64,000 nucleotides of DNA, taken from Squalus acanthias (Eukaryota). Location of the stretch: contig JASTWF010000035.1 of the NCBI GenBank assembly GCA_030390025.1, forward strand, positions 2,542,001 to 2,606,000, given 5' to 3'. The notes beneath the pieces are model-generated. The model was not told the DNA's origin, ran no database searches, and saw only the letters and a list, made by a program, of their open reading frames with translations. Positions 1-10,329 of the stretch are shown in pieces (the stretch's first letter is position 1; each line of letters opens with the position of its first letter). The position numbers and the translations under genes were made by a program.

Positions 1-144
1 CAATCAGAAAGAGCGGTGCTCCCAACACCAAGCTCTGGGGCACCTGACAGTACCACACCCCACCCTGACACAACTCCTCCAAAACACACTCATTCTTTTC
101 TACCTTTCAGCCAGTTTTATTGTCACATTTTTTAAACATAGAAT

Positions 145-232
145 GAAAATGTTCCAACTGCCATGGTGGGATTTGAACTCATGTTCTCTGGATTATTAGT
201 CCAGTAATAGAACGACAACATTTCTGTACCCT
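145..232 (-). mobile_element. Decayed tRNA-derived head fragment of the same family as 6185-6275
   Basis: Reverse complement reads actggactaataatccagagaacatgagttcaaatcccaccatggcag, matching the head at 6231-6280 including the B box. Confidence 0.7.
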
Positions 233-333
233 GGGTGGATTGGAAGGATTTAGGCCATTGCAGCAGATGGGGTGGAACAACAGGCTGGGTTGAGTAAATG
301 CAATCAGACAGTAGACCCTGTCAGAATAATTAC

Positions 334-443
334 CTGTGGCAGTACGGCTACACTCCGCTTCCGTTTCCCTGATAAAACATGTGGGACTACGAACTTGTAA
401 TCCTTGAGTTCTTCAAAGAGCTTTTGCTGGCTAAATTGATCTC
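334..443 (-). CDS. ADAM paralog A, exon 2 (start of prodomain)
   Basis: Acceptor tttttcaaacag, 110-bp exon, donor CAG|gtaatt. In phase 1 with exon 5560-5779 it reads (G)DQFSQQKLFEELKDYKFVVPHVLSGKRKRSVAVLPQ. This has the Y-x-x-V-x-P pattern of the ADAM prodomain start and is 14/37 identical to exon 22690-22805. Confidence 0.85.
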
Positions 444-540
444 CTGTTTGAAAAACATGGGGAGATTTAATGGCATTTCGACAAAGATCAGCTCACAGTG
501 TTTATGTTATTTGACAGGCTGCACAGTTACAGTCTGCAAT

Positions 541-1025
541 ACATAAGAACATAAGAAATAGGAGCAGGAGTTGGCCATTGGTCCCTTCGAGCCTGCTCCG
601 CCATTCAATAATATCATGACTGATCTTTCACCTCATCTCCACTTTCCTGCGCTATCCCCATATCCCTTGATTCCCTGAATATTCAAAATCTATCGATCTC
701 TGTCTTGAATATACTAAACGACTGAGCCTCCACAGCCCTCTCGGGTAGAGAATTCCAAAGATTCACCACCCTCTGAGTGAAGAAATTTCTCCTCATCTCA
801 GTCGTAAATGGCCGACCCCTTATTCTGAGACTGTGACCCGTGGTTCTAGACTCTCCAGCCAGGGGAAACATCCTCCCGGCATCTACCCTGTCAAGCCCTG
901 TAAGAATTTTGTATGATTCAATGAGATTTCCTCTCATTCTTCTAAACTTTAGAGAATATAGACCTAGTCTACTCAATCTCTCCTCATAGGACAATCCCCC
1001 CATCCCAGGAACCAATCTAGTGAAC
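541..1025 (-). mobile_element. CR1 LINE 3' fragment
   Basis: ORF 683-1015 is the CR1 ORF2 C-terminus (LSYEERLSRLGL...FFTQRVVNLWNSLP), followed by a ttcttatg-repeat 3' tail. Confidence 0.9.
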
Positions 1026-1039
1026 CTTCATTACTGAGA

Positions 1040-1580
1040 TACCAATACTGGGCCCTCCCAGCTTCAGCAGGCCCAGCATTGGGCTCTCCCAGCACCAGGA
1101 GACCCCAGCACTGGGCCCTCCCAGCACCAGCACCAACACTGAGATCTCCCAGTTCCTGTAGGCCCCAGCACTGGACCCTCCCAGCACCAGCACCAATACT
1201 GAGATCTCCCAGCACTGGGATCTCCCAGCACCAGCAGACCCCAGCACTGGGATCTCAGCACCAGCAGGCCCCAGCACTGGGATCTCAGCACCAGCAGGCC
1301 CCAGCACTGGGATCTCAGCACCATCAGGCCCCAGCACTGGGCTTTGAGCACCATCAGGCCCCAGCACTGGGCTCTCCCAGCACCAGCAGGCCACAGCACT
1401 GGGCTCTCTCAGCACCAGCAGGCCCCAGCACTGGGCTCTCCCAGCACCAGCAGGCCACAGCACTGGGCTCTCCCAGCACCAGCAGGCCACAGCACTGGGC
1501 TCTCTCAGCACCAGCAGGCCACAGCACTGGGCTCTCTCAGCACCAGCAGTTCCCAGCACCAGCAGGCCACAGCACTGGAA
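1040..1580. repeat. Minisatellite, 30-32 bp unit (agcaccagcaggccccagcactgggctctccc)
   Basis: Tandem copies are directly visible. Confidence 0.95.
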
Positions 1581-1589
1581 ACTCAGGTC

Positions 1590-2305
1590 TTTGAAGATAA
1601 GAATGGTGAAAGAGGGAAACCAGGGAATTATAGAGCAGTTTGCCTAATATTTGTTGTCGGGAAATTCCTAGAGTCTATACCCTCCAAGTAATAAGTGACC
1701 TCCCTATTTTTCCTACCAAAATGTACTACCTCACAATTATCTGTGTTGAACTTCATTTGCCAATTATATGCCCATTCTGCAAGTTTATTAATGTCCTCCT
1801 GTAATTTGTTGCAGTCCTCCTCAGTATTGACTATCTCCCCCAATTTGGTGTCATCTGCAAATTTAGAAATTGTGTTTTTGATTCCTAAGTCTAAATCGTT
1901 AATGTAAATTGTGAACAGCAGTGGTCCCAGCACTGATCCTTGTGGAACACCACTACCCACCTTCTGCCACTGTGAACAGCTACCCTTTACTTCCACTCTC
2001 TGCTTTCTGTCCTGAAGCCAGCCAGCAATCCATTCTGCTACTTGTTCCCTGACTCCGCATTCTCTGACCTTGTTCATCGGTCTATTATGGGGTACCTTAT
2101 CGAAGGCCTTTTGAAATTCCAGATAAATTACATCTACTGCATTACCAAAGGGAATTGCTTAAATATTTGAAGGAGAAAAAAATTGCAGGGATATGGGGAA
2201 AGAGCCGGGGAGCGGGACTCACTGGATTGCTCTTCGAAAGAGCCGGCGCAGACTCGATGGGCCGAATGATCTCCTTCTGTGCTGTACTATTCTATGATTC
2301 TATGG
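1590..2305. mobile_element. Cluster of CR1 fragments (minus-strand RT piece ~1680-2145, plus-strand 3' tail ~2146-2305)
   Basis: ORF 1628-2077 contains [10 protein letters not shown] and KFADD; the tail ends ttctatgattctatg. Confidence 0.85.
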
Positions 2306-2527
2306 CTGTCTTCTCTGCTCCAGTGGAAACAGTCTCATTATCTCAAGTCTCTCCTCATAACTAAAATTTCCCATCCGTGGCGCTATTCTGGTGAATCTAC
2401 AGTATATGCTCTCTATGGCTTTATAACGGAAGTTTCAAAAATAAAAAATTTAAAATGATTTGGGTAAGGTTAGGGAAATGCGACACAGTGGATTCTCATA
2501 CCCTACTACAGCTCCTGTCCCGCTCTC

Positions 2528-3186
2528 AGTACTGCATCATTCCCGGGCCCCACTCCCAGTTACTGCATCATTCCCGGGCCCCACTCCCAGTTACTGCATC
2601 ATTCCCGGGCCCCACTCCTAGTGACTGCATCATTCCTGTGCCCCACTCCCAGTTACTGCATCATTCCCGGGCCCCACTCCCAGTTACTGCATCATTCCCG
2701 GGCCCCACTCCCAGTTACTGCATCATTCCCGGGCCCCACTCCCAGTTACTGCATCATTCCCGGGCCCCACTCCCAGTTACTGCATCATTCCCGGGCCCCA
2801 CTCCTAGTGACTGCATCATTCCTGTGCCCCACTCCCAGTTACTGCATCATTCCCGGGCCCCACTCCCAGTTACTGCATCATTCCCGGGCCCCACTCCCAG
2901 TTACTGCATCATTCCCGGGCCCCACTCCCAGTTACTGCATCATTCCCGGGCCCCACTCCCAGTTACTGCATCATTCCCGGGCCCCACTCCCAGTTACTGC
3001 ATCATTCCCGGGCCCCACTCCCAGTTACTGCATCATTCCCGGGCCCCACTCCCAGTTACTGCATCATTCCCGGGCCCCACTCCCAGTGACTGCATCATTC
3101 CCGGGCCCCACTCCCAGTTACTGCATCATTCCCGGGCCCCACTCCCAGTTACTGCATCATTCCCGGGCCCCACTCCCAGTGACTGT
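2528..3186. repeat. Minisatellite, 31 bp unit (cccagttactgcatcattcccgggccccact)
   Basis: About 21 near-identical tandem copies; translation repeats every 31 aa, equal to 3 units. Confidence 0.95.
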
Positions 3187-3204
3187 ATCAATCCCGTGCT
3201 GCAT

Positions 3205-5460
3205 GCTGTACCCCCAAACAGTACCCGTGCTGTACCCTGAACAGTACGCGTGTTGTACCCCTGAACAGTACGCGTGTTGTACCCCTGAACAGTACCCGTG
3301 CTGTACCCCCTGAACGGTACCCGTGCTGTAACCCCTGAACTGTACCCGTGCTGTACCCCTGAACAGTACCCGTGCTGTAACCCCTGAACAGTACCCGTGC
3401 TGTACCCCTGAACGGTACCCGTGCTGTACCCCCTGAACAGTACCCGTGCTGTACCCCTGAACGGTACCCGTGCTGTACCCCCTGAACGGTACCCATGCTG
3501 TACCCCTGAACGGTACCCGTGCTGTACCCCCTGAACGGTACCCATGCTGTACCCCTGAACGGTACCCGTGCTGTACCCCCTGAACGGTACCCGTGTTGTA
3601 CCCCTGAACAGTACCCGTGCTGTACCCCCTGAACAGTACCCGTGCTGTACCCCTGAACAGTACCCGTGCTGTAACCCCTGAACAGTACCCGTGCTGTACC
3701 TCTGAACGGTACCCGTGCTGTACCCCCTGAACAGTACCCGTGCTGTAACCCCTGAACAGTACCCGTGCTGTACCCCTGAACAGTACCCGTGCTGTACCCC
3801 TGAACAGTACCCGTGCTGTAACCCCTGAACAGTACCCGTGCTGTACCCCTGAACGGTACCCGTGCTGTACCCCCTGAACGGTACCCATGCTGTTCCCCTG
3901 AACGGTACCCGTGCTGTACCCCCTGAACGGTACCCGTGCTGTACCCCTGAACGGTACCAGTGCTGTACCCCCTGAACGGTACCCATGCTGTACCCCTGAA
4001 AAGTACCTGTGTTGTACCCCCTGAACGGTACCCGTGCTGTACCCCCTGAACATTACCCGTGCTGTACCCCCTAAACGATACCCGTGCTGTAACCCCTGAA
4101 CTGTACCCGTGCTGTACCCCTGAACAGTACCCGTGCTGTAACCCCTGAACAGTACCCGTGCTGTACCCCCTGAACGGTACCCGTGCTGTACCCCCTGAAC
4201 ATTACCCGTGCTGTACCCCCTAAACGATACCCGTGCTGTAACCCCTGAACAGTACTCGTGCTGTACCCCCTGAACGGTACCCGTGCTGTAACCCCTGAAC
4301 AGTACTCGTGCTGTACCCCTGAACAGTACCCGTGCTGTAACCCCTGAACAGTACCCGTGCTGTACCCCTGAACAGTACCCGTGCTGTACCCCTGAACAGT
4401 ACCCGTGCTGTAACCCCTGAACAGTACCCGTGCTGTACCCCTGAACGGTACCCGTGCTGTACCCCCTGAACGGTACCCGTGCTGTAACCCCTGAACTGTA
4501 CCCGTGCTGTACCCCTGAACAGTACCCGTGCTGTAACCCCTGAACAGTACCCGTGCTGTACCCCCTGAACGGTACCCGTGCTGTACCCCCTGAACATTAC
4601 CCGTGCTGTACCCCCTAAACGATACCCGTGCTGTAACCCCTGAACATTACCCGTGCTGTACCCCCTAAACGATACCCGTGCTGTAACCCCTGAACAGTAC
4701 TCGTGCTGTACCCCCTGAACGGTACCCGTGCTGTAACCCCTGAACGGTACCCGTGCTGTAACCCCTGAACGGTACCCATGCTGTACCCCTGAACGGTACC
4801 CGTGCTGTACCCCCTGAACAGTACCCGTGCTGTACCCCCTGAACGATACCCGTGCTGTAACCCCTGAACAGTACTCGTGCTGTACCCCTGAACAGTACCC
4901 GTGCTGTACCCCTGAACAGTACCCGTGCTGTAACCCCTGAACAGTACCCGTGCTGTACCCCTGAACAGTACCCGTGCTGTAACCCCTGAACAGTACCCGT
5001 GCTGTACCCCTGAACGGTACCCGTGCTGTACCCCCTGAACAGTACCCGTGCTGTACCCCTGAACAGTACCCGTGCTGTACCCCTGAACAGTACCCGTGCT
5101 GTAACCCCTGAACAGTACCCGTGCTGTACCCCTGAACAGTACCCGTGCTGTACCCCTGAACAGTACCCGTGCTGTAACCCCTGAACAGTACCCGTGCTGT
5201 ACCCCTGAACGGTACCCGTGCTGTACCCCCTGAACGGTACCCGTGCTGTAACCCCTGAACGGTACCCATGCTGTACCCCTGAACGGTACCCGTGCTGTAC
5301 CCCCTGAACGGTACCCGTGCTGTACCCCCTGAACATTACCTGTGCTGTACCCCTGAACGGTACCCGTGCTGTACCCCCTGAACAGTACCCGTGCTGTACC
5401 CCCTGAACAGTACCCGTGCTGTACCCCCTGAACAGTACCCGTGCTGTACCCCTGAACGGT
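3205..5460. repeat. Minisatellite, 24-25 bp unit (gtacccgtgctgtacccctgaaca)
   Basis: About 2.2 kb tandem array, directly visible. Confidence 0.95.
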
Positions 5461-5559
5461 ATGATTTGTACCTCAGACTATTTCCTCATTGCACAGTGTT
5501 CTCAGTATTTATGGAAGTACAGAGGTGCTGAGACTTAAACCGTCACTGTTCTTCCTCAC

Positions 5560-5779
5560 CTGAAGCAGTTCCTTGCTGACTTAAAGTAGCTCCTTTAATC
5601 TCGGTGTCCCAATCAGCTCCTGGTGAATGACCGGTGGATGTGTTACCGGGGACAGCTAACAACGTCCCGCTTCTGAGAGCAATCACAGTGTCACCGGGAG
5701 TCTCTTCATTGTCTGCTGCTGAAAGATTTAAAACCTGGCACCAGATCAGCAATACCGAACACACACTGCTGGCAAACAT
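5560..5779 (-). CDS. ADAM paralog A, first coding exon (signal peptide plus ~50 aa spacer)
   Basis: ATG at 5779 with A at -3 (tcacaATG). MFASSVCSVLLIWCQVLNLSAA is signal-peptide-like. Donor TCAG|gtgagg at 5559. Length 220 bp = 73 codons + 1, a phase that joins exon 334-443 in frame. Confidence 0.8.
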
Positions 5780-5940
5780 TGTGAATAATCACAACCTGTT
5801 GCTCTCCACCTTGAAGTACTCTCCCTCTATTGACACAGTTTTCTCTGCCTGTCTTTCTTTCCCTCTGGAGTTTCTCTGTCCTTCGCGCTCTGTCAATCTG
5901 CCTCTGTGTCAGCTTGTTTTTGATTCCATCTGTGTCAGCC

Positions 5941-6015
5941 TGTGGTTCATGTGAGGAACAACTTTGTAACCGCCCTAGCCTTGCCCAGGAAGTAGGAGGA
6001 GGAAGTGAAATGTGG
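5941..6015. promoter_or_regulatory. Putative proximal promoter of ADAM paralog A with RUNX, ETS and PU.1-IRF composite motifs
   Basis: TGTGGT at 5941-5946, CAGGAAGT at 5986-5993 and GAGGAAGTGAAA at 5999-6010 (GGAAnnGAAA), lying 160-230 bp upstream of the ATG. Motif matches only. Confidence 0.45.
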
Positions 6016-6184
6016 AATTCTGAACAAGAGACAGGTTTGTACTAATTGGAGGCAGGACCAGCCCTTGGACAGACAGTGCATTCTGCTGGTACATTGCAAA
6101 CTCCAACAGCACAGATACTGAAAGCACAGAGGTAGGCTTCTGGTCCTGTGCCACCCCTGCTACCAAGGGACAGCTCGCCGTCAA

Positions 6185-9100
6185 GGGAACGGTAACATAG
6201 TGGTAATATCACTGGGCTAGTAATCCAGAGGCCTGGACTAATGATCCAGAGACAAGAGTTCAAATCCCACCGTGGCAGCTGGGGAATTTAAATTCAGTTA
6301 ATTAAATAACTCTGGAATAAAAAGCTAGTATCAGTAATGGTAACCATAAAACTATCGGATTGTCGTAAAAACCCATCTGGTTCACTAATGCCCTTTAGTA
6401 GAAGGAAATCTGCCGTCCTTACCTGGTCTGGCCTATATGTGACTCCAGACCCACAGCAATGTGCATGACTCTTAACTGCCCTCTGAAATGGCCGAGCAAG
6501 CCACTCAGTTGTAACAAACCGCTACGAAACAAACTAATAATAAGAATGAAAACGGACGGACCACCCGGCATCGACCTCAGCACCGACTACGGACACGGCA
6601 ACGGCACACCCAGCCCAGTCAACCTTGCAAAGTCCTCCTCACCAACATTTGGGGACTTGTGCCAAAGTTGGGAGAGCTGCCCCTGACATAGTCATACTTA
6701 CAGAATCATACCTTTAACCCAATGTCCCAAACTCCTCCATCACCATCCCTGGGTATGTCCTGTCCCACCGGCAGGACAGCCCCACCAGGGGTGGCGGCAC
6801 AGTGGTATACAGTTGGGAAGGAGTGGCCCTGGGAGTCCTCAACATTGACTCCGGACCCCATGAAGTCTCATGGTTTCAGGTCAAGCACCGGCAAAGAAAC
6901 CTCCTGCTGATTACCACCTACCACCCTCCCTCAGCTGATGAATCCGTACTCCTCCATGTTGAACACCACTTGGAAGAAGCACGGAAAGTAGCAAGGGCGC
7001 AGAATGTACTCTGACTGGGGGACTTCAATGTCCATCACCAAGAGTGGCTTGGTAGCACCACTACTGACTGAGCTGGCCGAGTCCTGAAGGACATAGCTGC
7101 CAGTCTGGGTCTGCAACAGGTGGTGATAGAACCAACACGAGGGAACAACCTACTTGACCTCGTCCTCACCAATCTACCTGTCACAGATGCATCTGTCCAT
7201 GACAGTATTGGTAGCAGTGACCACCGCACAGTCATTGTGGAGACGAAGTCCCGTCTTCACACTGAGGACACCCTCCATCGTGTTGTGTGGCACTACCACC
7301 GTGTTAAATGAGATAGATTCAGAGCAGATCTAGCAGCTCAAAACTGGGCATCCATGAGGCGCTGTGAGCCATCAGCAGCAGCAGAATTGTATTCCACCAC
7401 AATCTGTAACCCCAGGGCCCGGCATATCCCTCACTCTACCATGACCATCAAGCCAGGGGACCAACCCTGCTTCAATAAGCAGTGTAGAAGAGCATGCCAG
7501 GAGCAGCACCAGGCGTACCTAAAAATGAGGTGCCAACCTGGGGAAGCTGCAACACAGGACTACATGCATGCTAAATAGTGGATGCAGCATGCAATAGACA
7601 GGGCTAAGCGATCCAACAATCAATGGATCAGATCAAAGCAAACCTCTGCAGTCCTGCCACATCCAGTCGTGAATGGTGGTGGACCATTAAACAACTAACG
7701 GGAGGAGAAGGCTCCATGAATATCCCCATCCTCAATGATGGTGGAGCCCAGCACGTTAATGCAAAAGACAAGGCTGAAGCGTTTGCAACCATCTTCAGCC
7801 AGAAGTGCCGAGTGGATGATCCATATCGGCCTCCTTCTGCGGTCCCCACCATCACAAAAGCCAGTTTTCAGCCAATTCGATTCACTCCATATGATATCAA
7901 GAAACGGCTCAGCGCACTGGATACAGCAAAGGCTATGGGCCCCAACAACATCCCGGCTATCGTGCTGAAGACTTGTGCTCCAGAACTTGCAGCGCCTCTA
8001 GCCAAGCTGTTCCAGTACAGCAACAACACTGGCATCTATCTGACAATTTGGAAAACTGCCCAGGTATGTCCTGTCCACAGAAAGCAGGACAAATCTAACC
8101 CGGCCAATTACCGCCCCATCAGTCTACTCTCAATCATCAGCAAAGTGATGGAAGGTGTCATCGACAGTGCTATCAAGCGGCACTTACTCACCAATAACCT
8201 GCTCACTGATGCCCAGTTTGGGTTCCGCCAAGACCACTCAGCTCCCGACCTCATTACAGCCTTGGCCCAAACATGGACAAAGGAGCTGAATTCCAGAGGT
8301 GAGGTGAGAGTGACTGCCCTTGACATCAAGACAGCATTTGACCGAATGTGGCATCAAGGAGCCCTGGTAAAACTCAAGTCAATGGGAATCGGGGGGAAAT
8401 CTCTCCACTGGCTGGAGTCATGTCCAGCACAAAGGAAGATGGTTGTGGTGGTTGAAGGTCAATCATCACATCCCCAGAATATCGCTGCAGGAGTTCCTCA
8501 GAGCAGTGTCCTGGGCCCAACCATCTTCAGCTGCTTCATCAAAGACCTTCCCTGCAACATAAGGTCAGAAATGGGGATGTTCGCTGATGACTGCAGTGTT
8601 CAGTGCCATTCACAACTCCTCAGATAATGAAGCAGTCCATGCCCGCATGCAACAAGACCTGGATGACGTTCAGGCTTGGGCTGATAAGTGGCAGGTAACA
8701 TTCGCGCCACAGAAGTGCCAGGCAATGACTATCTCCAACAAGCGAGAGTCTAAACACCACCCCTTGACCTTCAATGGCATTACCATCGCCGAATCCCCCA
8801 CCATCAACATCCTGGGGGTCACCATTGACCAGAAACTTAACTGGACCAGCCACATAAATACTGTGGCAACAAGAGCAGGTCAGAGGTTAGGTATTCTGCG
8901 GTGAGTGTCTCATCTCCTGACTCCCCAAAGCCTTTCCACCATCTACAAGGCACAAGTAAGGAGTGTGATGGAATACTATCCACTTGCCTGGATGAGTGCA
9001 GCTCCAATAACACTCAGGAAGCTTGACACCATCCAGGACAAATCAGCCCGCTTGATTGGCACCCCATCTACCACCTTAAACATCCACTCCCTCCACCACC

Positions 9101-9482
9101 GGCGTACCATGGCTGCAGTGTGTACCATCTACAAGATGCACTGCAGCAACTCGCCAAGGCTTCTTCGGCAGCACCTCCCAAACCTGCGACCTCTTCCACC
9201 TAGAAGGACAAGGGCAGCAGGCACATGGGAATACCACCACCTCCAAGTTCCCCTCCAAGTCACACACCATCCTGACTTGGAAATATGTCACCGTTCCTTC
9301 ATCGTCGCTGGGTCAAAATCCTGGAACTCCCTCCCTAACACACTGTGGGAGTACCTTCACCACACGGACTGCAGCAGTTCAAGAAGGCGGCTCACCACCA
9401 CCTTCTCAAGGGGCAATTAGGGATGAGCAATAAATGCTGCACTTGCCAGCGACGCCCACAACGCATAAATGAATTAAAAAAA
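6185..9482 (+). mobile_element. Full-length decayed ORF1-less non-LTR retrotransposon (APE-RT, CR1/L2/Jockey group) with tRNA-derived 5' head, copy 1
   Basis: A-box-like taacatagtgg near 6193 and B box gagttcaaatc at 6256-6266. APE motifs start about 6620 (NIWGL, GDFNVHH, LDLVLTN, SDH). RT motifs LDIKTAFDRMWH, GVPQSSVLGP, MFADD. A-rich end. Several stops and frameshifts. Confidence 0.9.
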
Positions 9483-9599
9483 GTAAGGGAAATGGAGTGG
9501 GGCAGCAACAGAACACATCAACCAATGCACAATGGGGCGAGGAGACCAAAAGACGGAATGGCTGCAGTGTTTGTAGACCTCAGCCAAGACCCAGACCTA

Positions 9600-9848
9600 C
9601 AACAAATCTGGCAAAAGAACCAGAGGGGAGACGAGGAGATTTTTTTACGCAGCGAGTAAAGGGCAGTGGAAGCAGATTCAATAGTAAATTTCAAAAGGGA
9701 ATTGGCTAAATACTTGAAGGGGAAAAATTTGCAGGGCTATGGGGAAAGAGCAGGGGGAGTGGGATTATCGGATAGCTCTTTCAAAGAGCCGGCACAGGCA
9801 CGATGGGCCAATGGCTTCCTTCTGTGCTGTAAGTTTCTATGATTCTAC
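9600..9848 (+). mobile_element. CR1 3' tail fragment
   Basis: Similar to the tails at 2146-2305 and 20250-20470. Confidence 0.75.
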
Positions 9849-10329
9849 TAAAGGGAAGTGCTGGGTTCCCTTTGGAGGGAGCGAGGGCCTCTAACTCTGC
9901 ATTTCGCCCCCTCCCACTCCACCATCACTGGCACAACCTACAGCTGTCACACCCCTCACACTGGCACATTCGCCTCGACCTCCTGCCTGTCTACTGCTCT
10001 GCCCATCTGCAAAAACTTTCTCATATTTTCCGTCTCTGACCGTTCATGCATTCACTTGCCATGACTTTTCTCCCACTTTCTGTTGAGTGGCCTCTGAACC
10101 CCTGTGAAACACTGTGGAACATACTGTTATATCAGAGAGCAGAGCAGGTACAGCTTGTCATTTCAGTTCAGGACATGTTCTGATGAGGAAACCCACCAGA
10201 ACATGTGCCTGTCTTTACTCTGACGTAGGAAATACTGCACAAAGCAGGAGTCAGTCCCAGTCCCGAACCGTTAGAGTGACATTCTGGAACAAACCTGCTG
10301 TTTTTGCATCTTAATCAATTCCCCTCCTC

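Noticed and set aside
1017..5336. Repetitive ORFs over the three minisatellites
   Set aside because: Same artefact; the arrays lie in intron 1 of paralog A.
2528..5460. CRISPR-like appearance of 24-32 bp repeats
   Set aside because: Units are head-to-tail with no unique spacers, there are no cas genes, and the context is eukaryotic.
6185..6275. Functional tRNA gene
   Set aside because: The anticodon arm is duplicated, there is no clean acceptor stem, and the sequence continues into the retroelement in both long copies.
10140..10310. Unique patch with a p53-like half site (GGACATGTTC) and a CRE-like TGACGT
   Set aside because: Short isolated motifs expected by chance, with no supporting structure.
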